DNA of 64,000 bases from Candidatus Aminicenantes bacterium (GTDB taxonomy: Bacteria > Acidobacteriota > Aminicenantia > Aminicenantales > JAFGBC01). A model generated the notes under the pieces. That model saw nothing but the letters and a program-made list of their open reading frames with translations. It was not told where the DNA came from and ran no database searches. The stretch spans positions 1,216,001-1,280,000 of the forward strand of contig OY969696.1 in assembly GCA_963702005.1 (NCBI GenBank). Reading direction: 5' to 3'. How positions within the stretch are numbered: the stretch's first letter is position 1; every line of letters begins with the position of its first letter. The position numbers and the translations under genes were made by a program. Positions 49,569-58,428 of this stretch are shown one piece after another.

Positions 49569-49823
49569 ATGCCGAAACCGCGGCCGCCCGAGCGCTGGGA
49601 AGCCCTTCTTGTCTTGGGCCCCACCGGCTCGGGAAAGACTCCTTTGAGGCGCTATCTGGAAAAAACCGGATTCCGCCGCAAGCTCGAGATCTTCAGAGCG
49701 AGGACGTTCCCCCTCTTGGAATATTATCGGGACGCGGGGACTCCCGTTGTCTCCATCCCCGTTGGCGCCGGAACGAGGCCCGAGGAAATCCTGGCTCGGA
49801 TCGGTTCCGGAGGAAACAGGTGA
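49569..49823 (+). pseudogene. Nucleoside-monophosphate/adenylate-kinase-like gene with in-frame central deletion
   Basis: GPTGSGKT P-loop joined directly to RRKLEIFRARTFPLLEYY (AK C-terminal helix); only 84 aa. Confidence 0.65.
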
Positions 49824-51637
49824 AGATGCCGATGGCCCGACGATGCCACGGACTTTTCCGAACGGGATTCGCACTGCTGTCGGCCGTGATTTCCGCCGGG
49901 GCGGCGAGACCGGCCGATTCCAGCGCCGTCCTCGTCTCGCCCCGCGTCATCGGCCTGGACGGCACGGTCCGCGTCCTGGCCGCCGCCGAAAGCCCGCATC
50001 CCGAGGCCGCTTGGGAGCTGCGCGGTCCCGGGTTCGTCCTGCCCGGCTCGATGGCGAGGAGCGGGGGCGGGCCTCCGTTCTGGTGGTCCGCCGAGTTCAG
50101 GATCAGCCGGCCCGGCCCTTATACGGTCACCTTGATAAGCCGCGGCGGGCCCGTGGCGAGCCGCTCTCTCTCGATCCCCTTCGCCGAGCCGCGGCCGGCG
50201 GGGGGGCCGGGCGTCTGGCCGATCGAACGGGGCTGGGATAAGGAGATGGAGGATCTCTATGCGGCCTGGATCGACGCCCTGTTTCACGACGGCGATGAGC
50301 GGTCTTCCTGGGAAGCCCTCCACGACGTCCTCCGCGACCCCAAGCTGAACCTCCTCTACGATCATCTAGGTCTCGGCGAAGACGATCCGGACGCCCGCGA
50401 TGCGCTAATGATGCGTCCGGATTGCGCCGACAATCCCTTTTTTCTCCGCGCTTATTTCTCCTGGAAGCTGGGGCTTCCCTTCGGGTTCCGCGAATGCTCG
50501 CGAGGGACGCTGAGCCGGCCGCCGATCTGCGGCCGCTGGGTCTCGAACCAAGACGTGCCGTCTTCCAGCGGGGGCGTCCGCGCCTTCCGGTCGTTCCTGG
50601 GGCGGATCATGAACGCCATCCACTCGGCGAGCGGCCGGACCGCCCTCGATGACGACGAGACCGACCTCTATCCGGTCGCCCTCGACCGGTCGAGCCTGCG
50701 GCCCGGGGCCGTCTTCGCCGATCCCTACGGCCACACGCTCGTCCTGGTCCGTTGGCTGGACCAGACTCGCGACCGGCCGGGGGAGCTCCTGGCCGTCGAC
50801 GCCCAGCCCGACGGCACGGTCGGCCTCAAGCGCTTCTGGAGAGGGAACTTCCTTTTCGCGACCTCGGGCGTCGTCGGCGGGCCGGGGTTCAAGGCCTTCC
50901 GGCCGATCGTCCTCGAAGCCGGCCGGCCGCGTCCGCTCCGGAACGAGGAGCTCGCCGGGAGCGGTGTCGCCGCCCCGTTCTCGCTCGAGCAGAGGGCGAT
51001 GGAGAGCGACCTCTTCTACGACCGGATGGACCGCCTTATCAACCCCGAGCCCCTCGACCCGGCTGGCGCCTTCCGCGACCTGCTGACGGGACTTTATGAA
51101 CAGCTGTTGGTCCGGGTCACGTCCGTCGCCAACGGCGAAGAGTATCTGAAAGCCCATCCGGGAGTCGTGATACCGATGCCTTCGACGGGGCCGGCCGTTT
51201 TCCTGACCGTCGGACCGTGGGAGGACTTCGCGACTCCGAACCGGGACATGCGGCTCCTGATCGCCATAGACGAGGTCCTCGGCTTTCCGGACCGATTCCG
51301 GCGGACGCCGGAACGCTTCCGCCGGCCCGCGGGGAAGGACCCGGACGAGATCCGGGGCGAGCTCCTGGCTCTCCTCAAGAAGGACTCCCGCGATATAACC
51401 ATCCGTTATTCCGGATCGGACGGCGGCGAGCGCGTCCTGACGCTGGAGGAGATCCTGAACAGACGAGAGGCCTTCGAGATGGCCTATAACCCGAACGATT
51501 GCATTGAGGTCCGCTGGGGCGAGATGGAGGGGAGTCCCGGATACGCGGCCTGCCGGCGCCGGGCGCCTTCGAATCAGCGGGAGCGGATGAAGGCGTTGAG
51601 GCCCTTATTCGCCAAGCGGATTCACCCCGCCGGATAA
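49820..51637 (+). CDS. Exported hypothetical protein, possible papain/NlpC-like Cys-His-Asp enzyme
   Basis: Signal peptide; RPDCAD..LRAYFSWKLGLPF, PYGHTLVL, VDAQPDG. Confidence 0.55.
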   Translation: MKMPMARRCHGLFRTGFALLSAVISAGAARPADSSAVLVSPRVIGLDGTVRVLAAAESPHPEAAWELRGPGFVLPGSMARSGGGPPFWWSAEFRISRPGPYTVTLISRGGPVASRSLSIPFAEPRPAGGPGVWPIERGWDKEMEDLYAAWIDALFHDGDERSSWEALHDVLRDPKLNLLYDHLGLGEDDPDARDALMMRPDCADNPFFLRAYFSWKLGLPFGFRECSRGTLSRPPICGRWVSNQDVPSSSGGVRAFRSFLGRIMNAIHSASGRTALDDDETDLYPVALDRSSLRPGAVFADPYGHTLVLVRWLDQTRDRPGELLAVDAQPDGTVGLKRFWRGNFLFATSGVVGGPGFKAFRPIVLEAGRPRPLRNEELAGSGVAAPFSLEQRAMESDLFYDRMDRLINPEPLDPAGAFRDLLTGLYEQLLVRVTSVANGEEYLKAHPGVVIPMPSTGPAVFLTVGPWEDFATPNRDMRLLIAIDEVLGFPDRFRRTPERFRRPAGKDPDEIRGELLALLKKDSRDITIRYSGSDGGERVLTLEEILNRREAFEMAYNPNDCIEVRWGEMEGSPGYAACRRRAPSNQRERMKALRPLFAKRIHPAG

Positions 51638-51639
51638 GA

Positions 51640-52569
51640 TCAAACGATCATCCGCAAGGCGCCGGGCAAGACCCTCACGGTCAGGCGTTCGAAGGCGCGG
51701 CGGCCGTCTGCTGCCTGGAGGGTTTGTCCGTCGGCCTGGACCTCGATGGGCGTTTTCGAAACGACCTCGAAGACGGGCGATCTCAGAGTTTCGACCTCGG
51801 GCTTCAGAATATGCCTGCCCCGCCGAGCCAGAGCAAAGAGCAGGACGAAGCGCGGCAGCGAGCAGCGTCGGACAGTGAGAAGATCGAGGACGCCGTCATC
51901 GGGACTGGCGGCGGGAATGGACCTGAATCCGGCGGCCGTATAGCTGATATTACCGATGAGAGCCATGAAGAACTCTCCGTGCCGCTCCTCATTGTCCGTA
52001 CGGACGGTCAAGCGCAGCGGGAGGTCCGGAGAAGAGAAGATCCGGGTCAGGCCGACGGCGCCGGCCAGGGTTTGATGGCGTCCCAGGAAGCTCCGGCGCG
52101 CCTTGCGGGCCTCTACATAGCGGTTGAGGAGGACGCCCACTCCCATCTGGACTTGTCCCAGAAAGTGACCCAGGATGCGCCCCTCCGCTTCGACCCGCCC
52201 CGCGTCCCAAGTCCGGATCGTCCCGTCCCGGATGCGTCGCACGGCGTCCTCGAGGTTTTTAATGCCGAGCTCGCGCGCCACGTCGTTGCAGGAACCGAGG
52301 CCGATGACGGCCAACGGCGCGGAGATGCCGCGCCGCAGCCACTCGTCGATGATGAGGAGGAAGGTCGTATCTCCCCCGGCCGCCGCCACCCTCGAATATC
52401 GTCCGGGAAGTTCGGCGGCCAGCTTGAGGAGGTGCCCCTCATCCTTGCTGGTAAATAGGTCGTAAGGAACGGCGCATCGTCGCAGGGCGCGTTCCAGGCG
52501 GGCCAGTTCCTTCGCAGCCCGGCCCTGCCGAGCGCCGGGGTTGAAGAGGACGGCGATAATTTCCGGCAT
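51640..52569 (-). CDS. Diacylglycerol/lipid kinase family (YegS/DgkB-like)
   Basis: FNPGA, AGGDTT, LGSCNDVAR, DDGVLD, QADGQ. Confidence 0.85.
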   Translation of the reverse strand: MPEIIAVLFNPGARQGRAAKELARLERALRRCAVPYDLFTSKDEGHLLKLAAELPGRYSRVAAAGGDTTFLLIIDEWLRRGISAPLAVIGLGSCNDVARELGIKNLEDAVRRIRDGTIRTWDAGRVEAEGRILGHFLGQVQMGVGVLLNRYVEARKARRSFLGRHQTLAGAVGLTRIFSSPDLPLRLTVRTDNEERHGEFFMALIGNISYTAAGFRSIPAASPDDGVLDLLTVRRCSLPRFVLLFALARRGRHILKPEVETLRSPVFEVVSKTPIEVQADGQTLQAADGRRAFERLTVRVLPGALRMIV

Positions 52570-52599
52570 GGAAATTTGTATATAACGCCCCTTCTGGGA

Positions 52600-52710
52600 A
52601 GTCAACCTCTCGACACCCATACTAAGCCGTTTCCGGCTTATGAGTACTGGCGGAAGCCGCACTCATGGAAGCCACGAGTACTGCAAGGCTGCCGTCGGCG
52701 AACGGGTCAA
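52600..52710 (-). repeat. Composite palindromic element, copy D
   Basis: Reverse-strand TTGACCCGTTCGCCGACG..GTACTCATAAGCCGGAAACGGCTTA..GTCGAGAGGTTGAC. Confidence 0.85.
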
Positions 52711-52720
52711 GGAGAGGCAG

Positions 52721-52752
52721 TTTTTGTCAAAGCAGCCTGACAAAAAATGTCA
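52721..52752. promoter_or_regulatory. Possible enhancer-binding-protein sites (TGTCA/TGACA inverted repeats)
   Basis: TTTTTGTCA..TGACAAAAA and TGACA-N5-TGTCA about 70-100 nt upstream of a sigma54 box, with an AT-rich spacer. Confidence 0.45.
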
Positions 52753-52823
52753 TTTTTGCTTGGAAATTCAGGTGCTATTAAATTTATTTTTATTGTTATT
52801 AATAAGTTAACAATTTATTTTTC

Positions 52824-52839
52824 TGGTATGAATATTGCA
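52824..52839 (+). promoter_or_regulatory. sigma54 (-24/-12) promoter
   Basis: TGGTATGAATATTGCA, GG-N10-GC. Confidence 0.65.
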
Positions 52840-52912
52840 AAATAGTAGAGCCGATAGAGGTGCCAGGGTCCGAAAGACCATCATTAATAAAACCGAGGTA
52901 GGAAGATCAGCC

Positions 52913-53476
52913 ATGAGAAGAAGGCAAAAAGGCTTTACGCTCATCGAGCTTCTTATCGTTGTCGCCATAATCGGAATTTTATCCTCCCTCCTCATTCCTA
53001 ACATTATGGTCGCCATCCAAAAAACGAAACAGAAGAGCTGTATGAGCAACATCATGTTCTTGGCAACGGGCTGTACCGATTACACCATCGACCACGGGAA
53101 TTGGGACGGGATCGAACAGAACGGCGCCCTTCAGAATCAGGGAGATTTCATGAGAGCCCTCTATCCCTACCGGCTCAAGGGGTTTCCCACCAACGATTCC
53201 TGGGGGACGCCGTTCAACGTTTTCATCGGCGCCCAAGCGGTCGCGGGGGCCATATCGGGCATCCCGGCCGCTGAGTGCGGGGATGACGATTACCTCCTTT
53301 CCTCCTACGGGCGGAACGGGGAAGCGGGCCCCGTCTATACGACCTTTGACCCGGCGGATCCGGAGGCCGGAATCTATATGGTCACGGTTTTGGCGGACTT
53401 CGACGAGGATCTCGTCAACTGGAGCGGTTCCTGGATCATCGGTCCCCGCGTCGCCAAGGTCCAGGCGGGCACCTGA
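52913..53476 (+). CDS. Type IV pilin / T2SS pseudopilin (GspG-like)
   Basis: KG-FTLIELLIVVAIIGIL prepilin site; D.WGTPF, SYGRNG. Confidence 0.9.
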   Translation: MRRRQKGFTLIELLIVVAIIGILSSLLIPNIMVAIQKTKQKSCMSNIMFLATGCTDYTIDHGNWDGIEQNGALQNQGDFMRALYPYRLKGFPTNDSWGTPFNVFIGAQAVAGAISGIPAAECGDDDYLLSSYGRNGEAGPVYTTFDPADPEAGIYMVTVLADFDEDLVNWSGSWIIGPRVAKVQAGT

Positions 53477-53558
53477 CCGTCCCAGCCCCGATCATTCCTT
53501 CCTTCCTCGGTTGCCAGGGTCCGTTCGCTCTGGCATAATAATAATGAGCCTTTGAGTC

Positions 53559-55343
53559 ATGAATAAAAAAACGTTCTTTTTTATGGCGGCCTTGCTGGGA
53601 TCCGCCCTTTGGACCTTTACCGGAAATGTCCGTCCGGCCGCCCGGGCCGGCATCGGATGGACCTCGGAAGCCAAGATTGCCTGCGCTTATTTTTTCTATT
53701 GGTACGACGTCTATTCCGGGGCCCATTTCAAGAATCCGGACGGGTCGGACGCGTTGACCGACCATCCGCCCCTGGACGCCTACTCCCGCTACACCTTTAC
53801 CGATCCGGCCTGGTGCCGAGGGCAGCTCCTGGATATGATGGCGGCCCGGATCGACGTCGTCCTGCCGGTCTACTGGGGGGACCACCAGAGCGTCGCCTGG
53901 AGCAAGCCGGGCCTCCAAAACCTCGTCTCGGCCGCCCTGCAACTCAGCGCGGAGGGGGTCGTGCCGCCCCGGTTCGGTCTCTTCCTGGATACGGCGTCCT
54001 TCCGGCTTCAGCTCGGCGGTCGAAAACCCGACCTGACTAAGCCCAACGAGCGGGCCATGGTCTATAAGATGATCTCCGATTATTGGAGGCTCGTGCCCAG
54101 GGACTTCTGGGCCCTCGTCGATGGCAAGCCCTTGGTCTTTTTTTATACGGCCGATGCCGTATCGGATTACAACCAGCGGACGTTCGATACGATCAACCTC
54201 TTTTTCCAGCGGGACTTCGGTACGACTCCGTTCATCATTCGGGAGTCGAGCTGGGATAAAGTCCGCACCGACGGCGCCTACGTCTGGGGTGTCGCTTTCG
54301 GCGGCCCCCGGACCATGAACCAGGTCGGAAGCCTGGGACCCGGCTACAACGACCGGGCCGTCGCCAACCGTCCCATCAAACAGTTTCGCGATCGGGAGTG
54401 CGGCGACGTCTATAATGCCGCCTGGGATGAGATAGCCACGTCGGGCGTCCGGATCGCGGCCATCGAGACTTGGAACGAATGGCACGAGGCGACCGAGGTC
54501 GCCCCCAGCTACGAGTATAGCCGCCATTTCCTGGACATGACCGCCGTGGGCGTCCGCCGCTGGAAAGACGCCGACTTTTCCACGGCGCCTTATGTCTGGA
54601 TGGACTTCGGACGTTATCCTTACGTCAAGGGGCTCCGGCCCGCCCTGCGGACCCAGGACGGCTCATGGAAGGTCCGAAACCTCGGCAACCGGGAGGGCGC
54701 TTATCCCGACCACGCGTCCAAGCCCCCCTCTTCGTTCCTCTACCTTGACGTCGGCAACGATTTCATTTATGCCCAGGCAAGCGAGGTCTGGGTTACGGTT
54801 GAATACTATAACAAAGGGACGGACGGATGGTCTCTCGAATACGACGGCGTCTCCGGTCCTTACACGAAGACGGAAACGGTCAAGCTGACGGACAGCAAAA
54901 AATGGAAACGGAAGACGCTTCGCCTCCCCGACGCTTATTTCGGCGGGCGGCAGAACTACGCGGCGGACCTCCGGATCGGAGACGACTACGCCGTCGACCA
55001 GAAGGTCAACTTCTTCGGCAGGGTTTGGATCTCAAAAGCGGCGCCCTCCAACAAACCGCCCGCCCTGATCCGGTTCGAAGACGTCGAGCTCATCCCCCAT
55101 AAAATCGTCGAGATCCCGCTTATCACGAGCGATCCGGACGGACAAGCCCTGACGCTGAACGTGGACCCGCCCGTCCCCTTCGCGGAGATCATGGCCACGC
55201 CCGCCGGGGCCATTGTTCTTCAACTCCATCCCGACGAGAATGACCGTCGAGGCTGTCCCTACCGAATCACGGTTCTGGTTACCGATAACGGCACGCCGCC
55301 CCTCAGCGACGCGGTCACCTTCCTGGCCAAAGTCAAATATTGA
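53559..55343 (+). CDS. Secreted GH99-like (DUF5010-type) glycoside hydrolase with C-terminal CBM/Ig-like domains
   Basis: YFFYWY, IDVVLPVYWG, GPGYND, IETWNEWHEATEV; SDPDG..VTDNGTP Ig-like tail. Confidence 0.7.
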   Translation: MNKKTFFFMAALLGSALWTFTGNVRPAARAGIGWTSEAKIACAYFFYWYDVYSGAHFKNPDGSDALTDHPPLDAYSRYTFTDPAWCRGQLLDMMAARIDVVLPVYWGDHQSVAWSKPGLQNLVSAALQLSAEGVVPPRFGLFLDTASFRLQLGGRKPDLTKPNERAMVYKMISDYWRLVPRDFWALVDGKPLVFFYTADAVSDYNQRTFDTINLFFQRDFGTTPFIIRESSWDKVRTDGAYVWGVAFGGPRTMNQVGSLGPGYNDRAVANRPIKQFRDRECGDVYNAAWDEIATSGVRIAAIETWNEWHEATEVAPSYEYSRHFLDMTAVGVRRWKDADFSTAPYVWMDFGRYPYVKGLRPALRTQDGSWKVRNLGNREGAYPDHASKPPSSFLYLDVGNDFIYAQASEVWVTVEYYNKGTDGWSLEYDGVSGPYTKTETVKLTDSKKWKRKTLRLPDAYFGGRQNYAADLRIGDDYAVDQKVNFFGRVWISKAAPSNKPPALIRFEDVELIPHKIVEIPLITSDPDGQALTLNVDPPVPFAEIMATPAGAIVLQLHPDENDRRGCPYRITVLVTDNGTPPLSDAVTFLAKVKY

Positions 55344-55428
55344 CGACATCAGTTTATCGCCGATAATGTTAATGCCCGCGCTGTCCTCTTCCGAGGACAA
55401 GATAATGAGCGTCGCCCCTGGTTGGATC

Positions 55429-55444
55429 TGGCATGGATATTGCA
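55429..55444 (+). promoter_or_regulatory. sigma54 promoter with upstream inverted repeat
   Basis: TGGCATGGATATTGCA; TGTCCTC-ttcc-GAGGACA at 55382-55399. Confidence 0.7.
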
Positions 55445-55499
55445 ATTATTTAAAGGCGATAGCCCTAAGGATGTTTGAGATATTGACCAGGAGGACAGG

Positions 55500-56213
55500 A
55501 TGAGAATGAAGTTAGCGGCTTTAACGGCCGTGGCCGCGCTCGGGCTCGGCTTTTCTGGGCCCGTCTGCGCCCAGGAAAAGTTCGAAACGGGGCTTCGTTT
55601 CCTGCTCGGATTCCCCACGGGCGAATTCAGGCACAACTTGGACAGGACCGGGATCGGAGCGGACTTCAGCTTCGCCTATCATATCCCCCGCTCGATCGTC
55701 TCGGCCGGCATCTCGTTCGGATTCCTGATCTACGGAAGCGAATCAAGGGAAGAACCGCTTTCCCCGGCCATCCCCGAGTTCGTTGTCAAGGTCACGACGA
55801 CGAACGCCATCCTGCTCGGGCATCTCTTTATCCGGGTCCAGCCCCGCTCGGGAACGATCCGTCCCTATCTCGAGGGCCTGGCCGGTTTTCATTATCTGAC
55901 CACGGACACCTCGATTCGCGGCCATGACGACTGGGGCGATTCCCTCAGCTCCAATAACTTCAACGATCTGGCTTTCAGCGGCGGGCTGGGGGGCGGCGCG
56001 AGACTGGAGCTTCTCCAGATCCGACGCCGGAACCGGGACGACCGAGCCTTCTCGCTCGACCTGGACCTCGGCGTCCGATGGCTCAAGGGCGGGAGGGCCG
56101 AGTACCTGAAAAAAGGTTCCATCCATCGCGAAAACGGCGTCGTCAGCTATGATGTCTACGAATCCCGAACCGACCTCTGGCTGGCCGGCCTCGGGCTGAC
56201 TTTTTCATTCTGA
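55500..56213 (+). CDS. Outer-membrane beta-barrel protein
   Basis: Signal peptide, PTGEF, IRPYLEG, C-terminal LTFSF. Confidence 0.75.
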   Translation: MRMKLAALTAVAALGLGFSGPVCAQEKFETGLRFLLGFPTGEFRHNLDRTGIGADFSFAYHIPRSIVSAGISFGFLIYGSESREEPLSPAIPEFVVKVTTTNAILLGHLFIRVQPRSGTIRPYLEGLAGFHYLTTDTSIRGHDDWGDSLSSNNFNDLAFSGGLGGGARLELLQIRRRNRDDRAFSLDLDLGVRWLKGGRAEYLKKGSIHRENGVVSYDVYESRTDLWLAGLGLTFSF

Positions 56214-56500
56214 CCCGTTCGCCGACGCCACCCCGCCTTGCAGTACTCACGAACCGGGAACGGTTCGTGTGTGCCGCCCTAGAAGGCGGGGCTAAAAATC
56301 GGAGCCCCGCCTTTCAACACTCATAAGCCGTTTCCGGCTTTTGAGTGCAGTCGCTCCAAGGAGCTCCGGGCGGGGATAGGAAGCGACACTTTTGTACTCA
56401 GCCCTTTTAGAAGGAATGGGGCTGAGTAGGCTCAGGGTTAATCATAAACAAGCCCAGCCTTGCAGCACTTATGGCTTCCATGAGTGTCGATGATTTGACC
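56211..56500 (+). repeat. Composite palindromic element, copy E
   Basis: Colinear with copy A, with extra hairpins inserted in the CCCCGCC..GGCGGGG loop. Confidence 0.85.
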
Positions 56501-58150
56501 TCAGAGCCCCTGCTTGTTGTTCGTGTACTTAGTGATGAGCAGGGCGCGGAGGTCCGTGTACATCTTGACCAGGGCTTCCACGTGGCGTCGGGCCTGCTCG
56601 GTCAGAAAAGCGGCGGCCTTGGCCGGGTCCTTGCGGAGGAGCGCGACGGCCTCGGCTTCGACGGCCGGCTGTTTCTCGAAGTAAGCCGCTTCGTAAGGAT
56701 CGCGGACGGCCCGGACATCCCGGATGGCTTCCTGCCACTTGAGGTAGAGGAGGTTCTCGACGAAGTCATAGACCCAGCGGGCCGATCCCTCGCTGAACGC
56801 GTCCGGGTCGTAGGTGCTGTAGAGCGGCGAGATTTCCTTGACGCCGGCGTAGATCGGGACATAGGGGCTGACGTAGACGTTGTCGAGATACACCCAGTAG
56901 ATCCCGCCGACCGGATCGGGAAGCCAATCCCGGAGCTGGGCGATCATCCCGTAGTTTCCGCGCGGGATCATCCGCCGGTAGGTCAGCTTGAGGAGTTCCC
57001 GCATGTCGCGGGTGGGGAAGGGCGTCGTGAGAGGGCTGGGCAGCCATCGCCCGTCGGGGCCGGGCACGTACCAGCTCTTATCGGTCGTCATGTCGTAGAT
57101 TGTGCCCTCAAAGACGGAGCGCTGGAAGGCCATGATGTCCTGGACCGAGACTTTCCGCTCGGGCTTAACCGCGAACGGGTAGAGCGAGAGCGGCTCGACG
57201 AACTGGTGGTAGGCGTCTTGACCCTGGAAGAAGGCCATCAGCTTTCGCTCCGGCCATTGAGCGAGAGTCGGCGCAAACCGGCTATAGAAGAGCCAGAAGC
57301 GGCCCGTCGCCCACTCCCGAGGCAGCGGGGCGTAGACCTCCTGCCAGACGAAGGGCTTGCCGATCTTCGGGTCGTACCAGCCGCGGTCGACGGCCGCTTG
57401 AAGGTAGTTGGGGGAGACCATGAATGAGTCGGGACGGCCCGGGTCGATGGTTTTGATGATGCTCCAGTTGGGGATGATCGTGACCTGGTCGTCGGGAAGG
57501 CGCTGGGCCGCCCAGATGGCGCCCGGCTCATCCTTCCCGGGCTCCCAGAGCGGGCCGACGCTGAAAATTTCCATGATCCAGACTTCCTGGGTATCGCCGA
57601 TGGCCAGACCTTCGGATTCCGGCCCGGTCGAGGGAAGGAATCCGTAAGTCTCCATCAGGAAACCGATCAGCCTGACGGCCTCCCGGGCGGTCCGGCAGCG
57701 CTGAAGGGCGAAGGCCATGGCCTGCTCGACGGTCATGATCTGTTTCACGCCCAAGCTGCGATCAACTTGAAGCTCCTGACGTTGGCTGAGCGTGCTCTCG
57801 CCGATGGCGAGCTGATGCTCGTTAATGTGGGGATAGCCGGAGTGGAAGTAGGCGTAGGTCTGTTCGACCTGGGGGATATGGCCGATGACCTCCCCGAACT
57901 GGCCGAGAGGGAGTCTTGGGTCCTGGATGCCGTAATAAACGGGGGCGAGTTCACCCTTGCGGAAGGTCCGAGCCGGGACGACCAGGATCCGGCTGTTATT
58001 GCAGGTGTCGGTATGGGAGACGATGACCGAGCCGTCGGCCGAGGCCTTCTTTCCTACGGCGATGACCGTGCAGGAAAAGGCCGGGCCGGCCCCAACCGAC
58101 CCGCAGGCGACGAGGACAGCAAGCCATCCGATGAGCCGAACGCGCGCCAT
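56501..58150 (-). CDS. C69-family dipeptidase (Ntn hydrolase), exported
   Basis: Signal peptide then CTVIAVGKKASADGS; INEHQLAIGEST, ALQRCRTAREA. Confidence 0.88.
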   Translation of the reverse strand: MARVRLIGWLAVLVACGSVGAGPAFSCTVIAVGKKASADGSVIVSHTDTCNNSRILVVPARTFRKGELAPVYYGIQDPRLPLGQFGEVIGHIPQVEQTYAYFHSGYPHINEHQLAIGESTLSQRQELQVDRSLGVKQIMTVEQAMAFALQRCRTAREAVRLIGFLMETYGFLPSTGPESEGLAIGDTQEVWIMEIFSVGPLWEPGKDEPGAIWAAQRLPDDQVTIIPNWSIIKTIDPGRPDSFMVSPNYLQAAVDRGWYDPKIGKPFVWQEVYAPLPREWATGRFWLFYSRFAPTLAQWPERKLMAFFQGQDAYHQFVEPLSLYPFAVKPERKVSVQDIMAFQRSVFEGTIYDMTTDKSWYVPGPDGRWLPSPLTTPFPTRDMRELLKLTYRRMIPRGNYGMIAQLRDWLPDPVGGIYWVYLDNVYVSPYVPIYAGVKEISPLYSTYDPDAFSEGSARWVYDFVENLLYLKWQEAIRDVRAVRDPYEAAYFEKQPAVEAEAVALLRKDPAKAAAFLTEQARRHVEALVKMYTDLRALLITKYTNNKQGL

Positions 58151-58428
58151 GTTTGTTCCTCCTTGGCGGGATTCCCGGGGTGCCGGGCGTTAGGGAATTC
58201 TAGGGGAGGCGGCCGCGGATGTCAAACCGGGCGCCTTAAGGCGAGATTATAGGCGGGAAGGGTCTCCCCGGGGGTCACCCCTGGGAGTGAAAGATAGGGG
58301 GGATATATCACCTCCTGTTTCATCTGTAAGGGTTATTGATGGAGACGGAGTCCCGTGCCATACTAATGGATGGCCGGATACTTTTTTGTCGAGGACAAAG
58401 AGGCGGTCCTGAACACTTTCTAAACGCC

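Noticed and set aside
52866-52880. GGTC-CGAAA-GACC hairpin before the pilin as a c-di-GMP riboswitch
   Set aside because: Lacks the GEMM GGCAAA/GACGCAAA and second-stem features
2547-56500. Repeats as a CRISPR array
   Set aside because: Copies are dispersed and nested, with no regular repeat-spacer period and no cas genes
58260-58330. Two hairpins in the dipeptidase/kinase divergent intergenic region
   Set aside because: Single copy, imperfect and no family resemblance; insufficient support for an ncRNA call
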